Assembly: GCA_046563655.1 (NCBI GenBank)
Contig: CM102283.1
Coordinates: 9,114,001-9,178,000 of the forward strand
Direction: 5' to 3'
Length of the DNA stretch: 64,000 nt
Source of the DNA: Yuukianura sp. NJ FZ-2021
Lineage: Eukaryota
The position numbers and the translations under genes are program-made. Position 1 is the first letter of the stretch, and the number at the start of each line of letters is the position of its first letter. Of this stretch, positions 42,193 to 54,338 are shown one piece after another. The notes under the pieces are model-generated. The model ran no database searches and was not told the origin of the DNA. It saw nothing but the letters and a program-made list of their open reading frames with translations.

Positions 42193-42969
42193 GAAGTATC
42201 TGCAATCAGCTTGATTCCATGTCCAACGTCCAACTAAGATGGCCACTGTTCGATAACTGTCAAGGGCTTCACCGTCTGAATCAAACCTAAAACAAAAAAT
42301 ACAAAATGTTGAAATATGGTCATAGGAGGGTGACCAGTTACACTTGAATACTTTTAGCTCCCAATTAAGACTGTTAAGAAAACACTAAAAAAGTTAGTCC
42401 GGTCCCACCTACACAACACAAGTGCCAAAGATCGTCAATGACATCTGAAGAGGACCCACCAGAAGTCTCCCACCATGACAGATATGAATGCGGTGGGTGA
42501 TGCTGATGACACAATTGATTAGTTGACTTTTTACAAAAACATGACAGTCTTTATCCAACCAAGGAGAAAAAGAGACAGCTTAGATGGAAGGTGTTAATGA
42601 TTGATTAGTACTTCTTACCAATTGACGTTGAATGTGCGATGACAGATTGCTTTCGAAGAAGATTCGTTTCGTAAACGTCCTGCCAGTACAAAGTACTGTC
42701 AATGTCAATACAAAGTACTGTCAATACAAAGTACTGCCTGGAACGTCAATGTTGTTGTTATCCAGGATCAGCTGGAGAGAAATCCCGCCGAGAAAATCCC
42801 GCTCGATAACTTGTTGAGACAAAGTTCTTCCACTTTTTTACGCGGGAAATTCAAACGAGAAAATCCCAACTTTTGTCCGTTGGCTTTTTTTCTCTTTGTC
42901 TCCGTGCAACACAAACACACAAAATGGAGTCGTTTTATAAACGTTTTTGGATCGTTTCCAATAAACTAA
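42193..42969 (-). promoter_or_regulatory. Putative distal TSS and 5'UTR exons of the expansion-family gene (about 42967-42619 and 42286-42193)
   Basis: Initiator-like TTAGTT at 42964-42969, donor TTG|gtaaga at 42618, acceptor ttttgttttag at 42287, donor C|gtacgt at 42192, leading to the acceptor at 42040. Confidence 0.45.
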
Positions 42970-45900
42970 TAAGGTCAATGTCACAGAGGTGACAAAATGA
43001 CAAAACTGGCAACGAAAAGCAAATGTTTCAGCACAATTAAGGTCAAGTTGGGGTCACTAAATATGAGAAACTCGTGGAAGTAACTACATATAACGAAAGG
43101 TGACTGTTGAATTTAGTACTTTTTCGAAGTATGACTTACTCACTTACTTTCGTTTATGCAACTGCCACTTAAGATTAAAACGATGAATTACATATATCTT
43201 TTGAAGAAAAAAAAACTTTCAGCAGTACTTTCCTTATGCTTCGTTGCTTTTTCCCTACACGATTTATTCATAGTATCCCACTCCAAATTAGCATTACAAC
43301 ATAGTGCCACCACAAAGTTACTGTGGGTATACTGCTTAAACTGTATCGTAACAAACTAACCCAGCTTAAGTTTGTTAAGTTTACTTCTAAGAAGTATAGG
43401 CTCCACAACGGAAATACGGAACGTCAAAGTTGGTATTTTGGGCAACAAAATGCGTTTCTAAAGGTTTGTGGCCAGTGGCCATAATTTCTTTGTCTGAGAT
43501 TTGGAAATCACCAACAATTGTTTAGTGGTCGGGATTTTACTTTTGAAGATTTGTTGAGGTTCAGTAAATTTGAAAAATAAATTGTAACTTTTAACAGGAA
43601 AATTGAGGTTAGGGTAGTGTTGGGTTAGGTCAGAGCGAAATCTAAGCAATTTTAGTTGGTATTGACAAGGAATTGACGTGGTTTCGTACAATACGACTGA
43701 AAAATCTTGATAACAAAACGAAACAATTAAGTGAATTGTTAACTTTAACGTATTTGTCAAGCACAAATTATTAACATTGGTGGTAGTTGGGTATTAGTGA
43801 CTCCAAGGAAGACTGAAACAGGATACACTAATTGTTTCACAGTTAGTTAATAGCTTAAATTATTTGGCACTGTTGTGAAAATTTATCAATTAAAATCCAA
43901 GTATAAACTCAACCAAAAAAAAAACTCGTTTGGAGGAGCCGAACTGGCGCCCATCAAACTTTTGAATTTTCGCGCCACCACTCTCCGTACTTCACTACAC
44001 AAATATTACTCTCAAGGAAACGTTTTCATTTTTAGTTCAGGCGTTTTGAATAACTGTCATGCATAGTCAAATTTGAATGATTTTTTTTTTGAAAATAGGA
44101 TTATTACGGTGGCCCAACTGAATTTCAAAGAAAAAAGAAATTGGCACAAAGTTAAAAGAATTAAAATTCAAAATAATCCTGTTTCATTTCCGTTTACTTT
44201 AATTGTGTTTATAAACCTTAAATGGCAATTCATACGAGGAAGTTTTCGTGCAGTAATAAGTTGCAGTTAAGTACATAAACTGCAGTATAAATGGCGTGCT
44301 AATTTAACATATTCAATATCATTTTAAATTTGGCGCGTAAAACTCAACATTTCTAGACACTAATACCACAAAGAATTTAATATCAGAAGGCCCTTTACGT
44401 TCACTAAACGTTTCATTTTTCATAAAGCAGAATTATATAATTTGTAAAGGATTTGAGCGGGAAAATTTGAAATTTGCCAAGGAGTATAACTTTTAACTTT
44501 GGAACTTAAGCAAGATACTGCTCGTCCTCCATAGTATTTGTGTTAGTTCCACACCTTGTTATCGATTACTACGATCTTATTACCTAACCTATTAATTTTG
44601 GATCATAAACTATTGACCTTGACCCTAATTAAACTTAACCGTGGCACAAAGTTGCAAGTTTGCAACGGTGTCAGTTTACCACCTTTCTGCTTCGTCAACG
44701 TTTTTGCGGAAGTGAAGGCGTGTCGATCAAGAAGGGGGCGTATGCCCATCTATCTGATTTAGAAAAAAAACGTTTACAAAAATCATTTTGTCGTTTTCCT
44801 ATTTAGATTAATTTTTTTTACTAAACGTTTCATTGTTGTTTTTAAAGGTGTGTGAACATTCCTTAACATCAATTTTTTTACACTGACTTTTCAAACCTTC
44901 CCCCTCTTTTCCTTTTAGTTTATACCGTTAAAGGTCAAATGTCAAGTAGTAATTAGTTTACAGCAAATTGGTTACAGTAGTTACTTACAGGTTGAGTTGA
45001 ACGAGTTACGATTGGTATCAAAACATCAATTGGGTGGACATGAAAAAATATTACAATATTAAATTCGATTGTTCAACTTTTTTTTGGTTTGTATTAAATT
45101 TCGATTGTTTCACTTTCAATCTTCATTTTCCCGCCCATTTTTTTTCTTTTGACGTGAAATATTTTAAGGAGGAGCGAAATCCAAAAATTTGATACTGATT
45201 TATGACACGAGTTGACCTTTAGTGGCACTTTTGCGTCACAAAATACATTCCTTGATACAGATATTTTTTTCTGTTTCAGAAATTTGTGCGGTAAATTTAA
45301 ACTGCATTTTTCAAAATCACGACTTTTTTGGACTTTCCCAAAAATCCATAAATTTTGGAAGCCCTTGGCTCGAATTATTCACGCTTTTTTTTTGTACAAG
45401 AAATTTGAGCGTGGAAAAGCAGCTTAACCGAAGTAAACTTTCAGCTTTATCTTTGTTGACTTTGAAGTGAACTTAACGCAGGAAACATTTGTAAAAAGTA
45501 GCGCCAAAATTTAAATTTGAAACTTGATTAGGAATTTACTGGTTGCTGACAGACAGGACAAGGTTATTGTACTGCTACAAAAAGGTTCTCTGCCGAGTTA
45601 CGTTTGGTTACAGTTTAGTGCAGTTAATCATGGAAATTAATTAGTTTTTTGGATTCAATGACACCAATAAATCCTAACTTTTAACTCGCACAGTTGCAAA
45701 TGGAAGTAGCAAATTCTGTCAATGGAAAATTGGGTGTTGAAAAGTGCGCATGCGCTGAGTAAGGACCAAAATCTTTGTCAATGTTGCAATTACCAAATTG
45801 CAACTGTTGCCAACTGTCAAGAAGAATGTTGTTGTGCTGTCAAGTTCAATTTCAATTGTTAGTGGAATGAAAACAGTAACGACAAGGTGGGAAATTCAAA

Positions 45901-46799
45901 ATTACAAATTGTAACTTTAGAATGGAATTTAGTACAGAGTTGCGCAATGTAACTTATTAAAGTGACTTACTGACTTTCAAAAGTTCCCTCTCATTCTCTA
46001 CTAAAAGTCATTTACTTTCATTAAAGTCTATTCTTTGACTCCCTAAGATTCGTATTTCATTGTAACCTTGTTTCCAAATAAATTTGCACTTCACTGCTGC
46101 TAACAAGTTGAAATGAAATCGAAAAAGGCGCCCTGCCTTTGCCCTAGGTTCCATTTTAAGTACTCTGCGTCTAGGCTTTTAAAAGTTTCCGATCCAACCA
46201 ATCACAAAGCGTTTGCTGAGATTAATTAATCATCATATTGAATGTCGCAATTCCAATCTACTCTGATTTCTTTACGACTAATCTTAAATGGTCATCAGCT
46301 AAAGGTTACACCTAGTAGTTAATTACCTTTTGTGATCGGCAGTGACACTGAACAAAAATGGCGCCATTTTGAGGTGCTGTATTGCAGCACAGATATCCGT
46401 TTTAAAGACGTTTTAAAAACGTCGTGTTCTCAAATTATTTTAAAAAGAATCGTCAAAAGAAAACGTTCAACACTAAAGTCTCAGCTAAAGTCTTTTTTTG
46501 TTCCGACTTTTCAGGTGCCATTTCCATTTTTTTCAAATTTGAAAAAGGCGGCAACTTGCTTGAATATTGGTTGTGAGATTTTGAAAAAAGTGGCGGCAAA
46601 AAATTTCTGTTTTGCTCCTCCTCCTGAACACATGTTGAGCCACTTGTTGAATGACAACGTGTTTGTTTACATTTTGAAAGGTGCGGTGTTTCGTTCTTAA
46701 CTTTCTAAGTTTCAACGAGCTGTCTAACTTTAGCTTAATTGATTAATGCTTAACATACGTTATTTGCAACTGTGATTAACCAAATTACTTAAATTGACA

Positions 46800-47983
46800 A
46801 TGGGATTCTTTCGCGAAGTGGGGAAACTGAGTATACTTGTAGCCATTGCAATAATTGTGCCGCTTTTTATAGTCCATCCGATTGTGAAACATTTCTTTCC
46901 GGATTTGATTCCTACCAGCAGTACTTCCGTTCCGTTACCCAATTTAAACGAAATCATATCTCATCAACTTCAGCTACAAGATCTTCAGAGAGAGGTAAAT
47001 CATGGTTTAGGTCCTTCTGAGGTTCATTTTTACATGGAACTTTGTGATATCTAGTTAGAGAGTTACCGGTCACCTGAAGGTCGTGAGGCCATTTCGAAGC
47101 TCATCCAGGACATTCTTATAATAAATGACAGTCTGTCCAAAGGTAGCGATCGACATGCTACAGCAGACCAATTCGTTGAAGAACTCGACGATAATTTGGT
47201 GATTTGGATGTTAATTGATTAATTAATCACATTCACAAGTCAACTTTTTATAATAAGATTTGCCTTCTCCACTTTTTTACAGTATTCTAAGCTGTACTCT
47301 CTGGAAAATCGAGTTGTATCTTTAACAAACCCGGCTGTAATAGAAGGTCTGGATACCGTTTTTGAAGCCTCACGAGAACTCGGAATCGTTTTGGATAACA
47401 GTGAAGAACTGGAAGAGGACGACGAGAAGATGTTGACCTCGGAACAAAATTGTTTCAAGGCTTTGAATAGTCTAGCACAGTCTCTCCTTGAGGCTAACAA
47501 GTTGACTGACATGGTAAGTTACATAAACCTTCGGTTTCGAATTTTACTAAATATTAAAGAAATATTTCTTGATTATTTAGATTACCAAATTGTACAAAGA
47601 GGTGGAAGCTCGACGCGAGAGTGACATGTCTACGGAAGATCTGAACGTATCTGAGCAAGTAGACTACTACGACAAAGAATCCACTCGATTAACAGAACAA
47701 ATGGATACGATTGTCCAGGAGAGCCACAAAGACTTAAGCAGAGCAAAAGATTTTATTTCAAGTACTACTGCCACAATTCAGAGTTATTTCGACAAGCTCA
47801 AATCCGAATTCGATCTAGTAAGTTTAAACTCAATTCTTGTTTTTTTTTTAATGATTAACGAGTTTATGCTTTCAGAGTCTAATCACCAACCAAGAATTAC
47901 ATGCCACGTACATTTTGGAACGCATTCGGCCACAAGATGGAGACGACGAAGAGATTGAATCTTCCAGAAAAGAGGAACTATAA
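46800..47983 (+). CDS. Uncharacterised 304-aa acidic, probably helical protein with N-terminal hydrophobic segment and C-terminal KEEL; exons 46800-46994, 47055-47198, 47283-47513, 47581-47817, 47876-47983
   Basis: Five exons joined by four short (58-84 nt) phase-0 GT-AG introns give one open frame MGFFREVGKLSILVAIAIIVPLFIVHPIV...EEIESSRKEEL*. Confidence 0.85.
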
Positions 47984-48297
47984 GCGTTTAAGCTAATAAT
48001 CAACCGATCAAGATTAAAATCGACAATAGCACGATTTGCAACAATGGTAGTGTCACTTGTATTTCATCATCGTCACGTAAATACTTGATACTTGAAAATA
48101 TTTAGTAAGTTTCAACTAAATTGTCAAGTATCAAGTATGAAATTGAGACAACAAGGTACGTGTACCACGGTATCAAATCGTTTGTGTCACGTAAGCTTCA
48201 GCCTGTCGTTGAAAATTTGAAGTTGTTTACGTAAGATAAAAATATTGTGATAGTCATTTGTTTTTTCCCATAAGTTTTTAAAGTTGCATCGATTAGC

Positions 48298-48304
48298 TAT
48301 AAAA
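48298..48304 (+). promoter_or_regulatory. Candidate TATA box of the amine oxidase gene
   Basis: TATAAAA about 125 nt upstream of ATG 48425; the AT-rich context makes a chance match possible. Confidence 0.4.
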
Positions 48305-48424
48305 TTAAAGTTCTGATACAGAACTTGAATCAAGTGTATTACTAACTCATCCACTAAAATTAACTTGAATTACACTAAAAAACTTTATATTGAAAATTAA
48401 AAATTGAATTGGTTTTTATTGAAA

Positions 48425-50425
48425 ATGGACTTTAGGGCTCTGGCACTTCCATGGCTAGGACTTCTCCTATTGGCTGGAATCTCAATTCAGCCTACAACTG
48501 CCGTTCCATCACCATTCGACGACCTTAATCCAGAAGAAATTCAACGTGTCGTTCAAATTATCCGCGCTTCAGGATTATTTGAACATGACGCTGACTTTCC
48601 TGTAATTCGAATGCAAGAACCGCCAAAAGCTGATTGGCTCGCCGGGACAGCCAATAACCAGCGTCTTGCTCATGCCTCCGTGTTTGAATACGGTTCAAAC
48701 ATTGTAAGTGATGTTGTCGTTGACCTTAACGTCAATCAAATAGTCGGTGACATTTTTCGTCACGACGACGGAGTCGGTCCGGTTCTGCTCCTCAGTGAAC
48801 TCGTACTGGGTAAATCCATTATCCGAAACGATCCACAGTGGCAAGCAGCCATGGCCAGTCGAAATATCCGGCCGGAGGACACGACCATTGACGTTTGGCT
48901 CCCAGGAACACTTCAAGGCCATGAAGAAGGCCCTGGAAAAAGAATCGTTCGTGGCGTTACTTACTACAAAGATGGAATTTCTAAATTTCATCATTACAAT
49001 GTCGTTGAAGGAGTCGTTGTCATGGTTGACCTTGTCCAAAAAGCCGTCGTAGAATTCTGGGACGACGGGGCTCCTCCTTTAACTTCAGGATTTGAAGAAC
49101 TTCCAGATTTTACTTCCAAACCAATCCTGCTTCCACTGACGATTGAACAGCCCGAGGGAACGTCAATTGCCGTTGATGGTCAACAAATCAGCTGGTACAA
49201 GTGGCGTATGCGGTACAGCATTGACCCGGTCTATGGCCTCCAGCTATACCATGTCACCTACAATGCAGACTGTGAAGATCGATCTGTTTTGTACAAGTTG
49301 TCAATTGGTGAGATGTTTGTTCCTTATGGAGGGTCTGGAAGAGGATGGCGCTGGCGGTCTGCTTTTGACGCTGGAGAATACGGATTTGGCAAAATGGTAA
49401 GTCCACTGAAGATTGGAATTGACCTTCCAGAAAATTCGATCCTGTTTTCATGTTACATTGCTTCTGAAAACGGCGGAGAACCTGCACTGATGCCAGCATG
49501 TGCTGGAGCCTATGAACGCGATGCTGGAATCATGTACAGACATCAAACATGGAACTTCGGTGACACTGACGACGGTAACTCGGCTCGTCGAGGACGTCAA
49601 TTGGTCCTGACCCTGATGACTACAATTTCAAACTACGATTACACTTTTGACTACGTTTTTCATATGGACGGAGTAATCGAGGTCAAGTCAAGACTTACCG
49701 GGATAGTTCTGGCCAAAGGAGTTACCAAGGCAACAAACGATGATGACGAACAAGAATGTCTCCTGGACTGCACTTCACTTCTGAATGACTACCTAGTTGG
49801 ACCACCCCATCAACATTTCTTTAGTTACCGAATTGACTTAGATGTTGACGGAGTTAACAATTACGTTGCCGAAGTTGACGTGACCTCTGACCCCGTGACT
49901 GACCCTGACCCGTATCCATGGGACCACGGAATGTTCTCTCCCAAGAAGACTTTGATTCCAACTGAAACATACCGAGACCACAACCTTCAGCAACATCGTT
50001 CTTGGCACGTTCTGAATGCCAACAGCAGCAGACGTAATCTTTTTGGCTCACCGCGCGGTTACGCTCTCAAACCGGGAGATGCTTTGGCCTTTACGTACTT
50101 GACAGACGAGGCTCCTGTCATGGGCAGAGTCCAGTTTGTGAAGCATCCATTTTGGGCCACACGCTACCACGATGACGAACAACATCCGACAAGCAAATAT
50201 CCGCGTACAGGCAAACCTATGGAAGGAGTACCACAGTTTATAAAAGATCAACAATCGCTGGAAAATGAAGACTCCGTTTTATGGTACACTTACGGTATAA
50301 CGCATACTACAAGACCGGAAGAATGGCCAATCATGAACGTTCACTATGCGACTGGCTTTTCTCTAGTTCCGTATAACTTTTACTCTCAAAATTCAGAAAT
50401 GGCGCTGAAAGACCGGTGCCCGTAG
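48425..50425 (+). CDS. Secreted copper-containing (TPQ) primary amine oxidase, 666 aa, intronless CDS
   Basis: Signal-peptide-like MDFRALALPWLGLLLLAGISIQPTTA; catalytic Asp motif AFDAGEYG (GAC 49367-49369); TPQ consensus TISNYDY (Tyr TAC 49634-49636); Cu ligands HQH (49808-49816) and GITH (50303-50305); RPEEWPIM. AATAAA at 50483 and 50505. Confidence 0.96.
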   Translation: MDFRALALPWLGLLLLAGISIQPTTAVPSPFDDLNPEEIQRVVQIIRASGLFEHDADFPVIRMQEPPKADWLAGTANNQRLAHASVFEYGSNIVSDVVVDLNVNQIVGDIFRHDDGVGPVLLLSELVLGKSIIRNDPQWQAAMASRNIRPEDTTIDVWLPGTLQGHEEGPGKRIVRGVTYYKDGISKFHHYNVVEGVVVMVDLVQKAVVEFWDDGAPPLTSGFEELPDFTSKPILLPLTIEQPEGTSIAVDGQQISWYKWRMRYSIDPVYGLQLYHVTYNADCEDRSVLYKLSIGEMFVPYGGSGRGWRWRSAFDAGEYGFGKMVSPLKIGIDLPENSILFSCYIASENGGEPALMPACAGAYERDAGIMYRHQTWNFGDTDDGNSARRGRQLVLTLMTTISNYDYTFDYVFHMDGVIEVKSRLTGIVLAKGVTKATNDDDEQECLLDCTSLLNDYLVGPPHQHFFSYRIDLDVDGVNNYVAEVDVTSDPVTDPDPYPWDHGMFSPKKTLIPTETYRDHNLQQHRSWHVLNANSSRRNLFGSPRGYALKPGDALAFTYLTDEAPVMGRVQFVKHPFWATRYHDDEQHPTSKYPRTGKPMEGVPQFIKDQQSLENEDSVLWYTYGITHTTRPEEWPIMNVHYATGFSLVPYNFYSQNSEMALKDRCP

Positions 50426-51758
50426 GTCTGTGGCGGGAAAAGCCGAAAGTTTAAATTTAACTGGAGCAACTACGACATACGAAATAAAACTGCTCACATG
50501 TCGAAATAAACGCATAATATGTAGGTCATAGTTTAATTTAATTATAAGTTAAATGCAGTTGAAATTTCAGTTTCAGTTGAAGTTTGAAATCCAGCCAGAT
50601 AAGCAACGATTGCAGCATTTGCAGCAACAAACTCATTTCTATCAGCCAATCCAAGCACATCCTTCTCAAGTTTCTTTCCTCCTCAAATTTGAATTGCACA
50701 GCCAATCAAAATCAACCATGGTTAGTTTAATCAGTAATGTTTTGACGATTGCATTTCAGATTAAAGATTGCATTAGTTAGAACAATTAACTGTTTACACT
50801 CGCAGCGATTCAGCGACACTTTTTATCGTGTCTCCCAATTTCATACAGCATTAAAAAAATGTTGCGGTTTGGTGATTGCTTTAATGATACGCTTAGTCCG
50901 TAACTAATTAGCCAATAACTTTTATAACTTACGATTAGTTGGAATTGGTTATTTTTGCCATTTGACTTTGGCAAAGACTAGTTTATTGCTTTACATTAGG
51001 TTTACTTTAGTTTGTAAAAATACATGGGGGAATTTGCACTAGGGAGAAGCCCAGGGAAAAAGTCATATCGAAAATAGTCGAGAAGGGAGTCGAATTCAAT
51101 TGAATTCTCACACAAAGTAAGTACGGAGAGGCTGCTCTTCTGTGAATTACTATCAAAGTTCAGGAATATCACCCACTTTACACCTCTTCTGTGGTTTGCT
51201 GTCTGACCTACGTCAGCCGTCGTCGTCGTGGTGGTCGTCACCATCGTCTTCTTCGTCGTATTTTGATCAGTTAACGGTCAACGGACTGCTGCTTAGTTTG
51301 GTATGTTAAAATATTTAAAAAGTAGAGGAGTAAGTTAAAATTAGGTCATACTGAATTTGACTCTCAAATTAACCGATTTCCGGCAGAAAAAGAGAAGGAA
51401 CATCAACATAAGTTTCATCGAAAAAGTTACACGGAATTATTGCCCTGTTTTTAGGTCATACAATCTCAATCTGGACACATTGAGTATGGCCAACTAAAAG
51501 AGACATACGGGTAATACGGATTCCGGCGACTGGACTGGACAAGGTGGAGGAGAAAGTGGACGGCTACGGAAAATCAGCTGAGTGTACCGTTATTTGGTGA
51601 GGAAATTCCTGTTAACAGATTACTGTTGTCTGTGGTCATTTGGACGTTCAGGGGTAAGATCCTGAATTATCATTCGAGGTCATTACCTTAGACAAAGAAT
51701 CACGCAAAAGCATAACGGTATTTTTTAATTTTCTAGATCCGGTTGCTGTTTATCAGTC

Positions 51759-54335
51759 ATGTCGCCCAGCGTGAGAGAAGTCATTCTGCACTGCCAAAAA
51801 CAAATTAAGAAGGACATATCCGAGGACAGGGTCAGAAATCTTTGTTTTTAACTTAACAAAAGTATAACACTTAAGTAGGTCAACAGCTGGCTAATATGAC
51901 CTTGACCTTGATATCTTGTTGCATGTCTTTAGATGTTACATTACATTGGAAGACTGAACCGACTTCATATTGGAACCAGTGATTTAATTGAGACTAGAAT
52001 TGGACGGACAATAAATCAGCTCAGCCGTGAAGCTGGAGTGGTAGGGGAAAAGGCTTATGCTTTGGTTGCAAAGTGGAAGTCTCTCGTTGAAGCTGAAAGA
52101 TCAGATTCTTCTTCCGCAGATGAGGCTCCTAAGAAATCCAAGGCGAGAGACGTTTCAAGTGACGACGAGGAAGATGATCATGACGACCGTCGAAAGCGAC
52201 CTTCCAAGTCAACAAAAAGCCGAAACCGCTCTGATGACGACGAAGACGACCAAGAGGAGCGACGACGGTCGGCCAAGAAGAAATCCAAAAGCCGAAACTA
52301 CTCAGACGACGAACGGCGACAAGAAAGGCATAAGTCACACAAATCCTCAAAAAGTCGGAAATTGTCGGATTCGGAAGACGATGATGAGGAACCGGTACGT
52401 TCTCCTTCTCCAAAGAAATCCAAGGCTCATCATCCAGTTTCTGAAGATGATGATGACGATGACGACGGGAGCAGCGATGGATCCGAATCACCTCCACGAA
52501 GACCAGACCCTATCCAGGATTCGGATTCAGATGAAGACGAAACTGCTCTCTTTATCGACCACCATGAACCCGAGCCAGAACCGGAACCAGAACCAGAGCC
52601 CGAACGAAAACCGATTATTGAAAAGTTAAAGCCAATTAAAAAGGAAAAAGACGTTGTTCCTGAATCACCGCGGAAACGACGCAGCGATTCGAAAGAGCGT
52701 GACGAAAAAGTGAAAAAACCAAAAGTGGAGATCAAAGAAGAAAAAACGACACCCGAGAAGAAACCGGATCCGCATGAATGTCTCCGACCAAAACTCGCAC
52801 CTCGTCTTAACGTCGAAATCGACTCAACTTCGGGCCTCAATTTTTCTGATGTCCTGAGCGGTTTGGATGCAAAACGACTAAAAAAATCACCAAAGAAAGT
52901 GTCACCTTCTAAGAAAAGTACATCAGCTGCCACTCCCACTCCAGCCGTTAACGGTACTCCAGAAAAGAACCAGCATCACAAGGGAACAGCATCAGCATCA
53001 ACATCATCAAGCAGTTCGGCTAAAGAAAAAGACAAAAGTTCTTCTGCTAAAGAAAAAGACAAAGATTCTTCTGCAAAAGACAAAGACAAAGATTCGTCTG
53101 CAAAACGTATTGCCAAAGTATCTCCGTTTGCCTACACTCCGTCTCCATCTCGTCCTCCACCGTCCACTTCCACTTCCAAGAAGCAAGTTCCAATTGAACC
53201 TGCGAAGTTACTTGAAGATTTAGCTGCTACTGAAGATCGTTATTGGGAAGACAGTCAAGTAACGCTGAACGGTAGCTACGGTCATGCCGGAGGCGAGGAT
53301 GCTTTGGCCACGATGATGTCCAGCCGAAATCAACGAACTAAAGTTTACTCTGGAGTTAAGACTGGCACTATTACCAAAATCCCAACACTTTTTAAAATGT
53401 GTCTCGGAGTTATTCAGGACAATATTGGAATTCTGGAAGATACTGGCGGAGTGCCATTTGAAATTCTGGAGCCGGTTTTGCGTCGTATCACGGTCAATCA
53501 GCTGATGCATGTTGAGAGTTACAATCCTTACCTCATAGGTCAGTTTTTATCAAAGTACTTTGTGTATTAGATGAAGATTGTTGGATTTTGTGCTAAATGA
53601 TTCTGAATTGTTTTTAGCAAGTATTTTGTATACTTGCAGAATCCACGGATGATATCTGGAAGTATCATTGTAGCCAAAACTTTCGAGGTAAACAGCCAGA
53701 TGACGAGGAAGGCGAAACTTGGCGAGACCTTTACTATGTAAGCTTTCTCTTCACAAAAATTTTTATAATGAGAAAGTGTGACTGAAGTGTGAGGTTTTTC
53801 TTAATTTCAGAGATGTGTCGATGAGAGAACGCAACGCTTCGCATCCTTGACCTCAAAATTGAAAACGAAATTGGAAGATGCTGCTCCTGTTCGCAAGGCT
53901 AAACTGGCTTACGTCGAAGCCAATTCTAAGGGCACGAAATTTAGTAAATCTAAGGCTGACACTGTAAGTTAAAAAACAAAGTTACTCCATTTTTGTCATT
54001 TTCAATTGAAAATGTAATGTTGACGTTGTGTTGTTCAGATTAAGACTGGAATGTCATCGCTGAAAACACGAGAAGAGAAGGGTCCTGTACGAAGTCATGG
54101 ATCCAGTGCCAGTTCTGGTGGTGGTGGCAACAACAACACCAACATTATCATTGAACCAGCCGCTGTAATTATTACGGGAAATGGAAAATCTCGATCCGGG
54201 GGAGGAGGGGGAGAAAGATCATCGTCGTCTTCGGCTGTCGCTGCAAGGGAAGCTTATGCCGCTGCCAAGAAACCAAGAAAAGCTCCATTGATGCAGAAAA
54301 CGTTGAAGAGCATGAAGACACTGATGCGTCGCTAA
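51759..54335 (+). CDS. EloA: Elongin A (TCEB3-like transcription elongation factor), about 741 aa; exons 51759-51830, 51933-53538, 53640-53737, 53811-53963, 54039-54335
   Basis: TFIIS-N-like N-terminus (LIETRIGRTINQL...ALVAKWK), long charged linker, RTKVYSG followed by BC-box IPTLFKMCLGVI, GGVPFEILEPVL, WKYHC...TWRDLY and C-terminal KAPLMQKTLK. All junctions are GT-AG with consistent phases; AATAAA at 54918. Confidence 0.93.
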
Positions 54336-54338
54336 GTT

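Noticed and set aside
5079-44622. FTZ-F1-like TCAAGGTCA sites at 5079, 11145 and 44614
   Set aside because: Biologically plausible for a cuticle gene, but too few and too scattered to separate from chance without conservation data.
48404-48424. Upstream TTG start of the 673-aa amine oxidase ORF
   Set aside because: Eukaryotic context; AAAATG at 48425 directly begins a signal peptide.
46800-51354. Idea that the orphan and amine oxidase genes are nested in a 5' intron of the expansion gene starting near 51350
   Set aside because: A plausible TSS and first exon exist at about 42967-42619, so no further upstream exon is needed and no junction evidence is available.
52057-52939. Alternative-frame and antisense ORFs over Elongin A exon 2
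   Set aside because: Low-complexity shadows of the charged linker.
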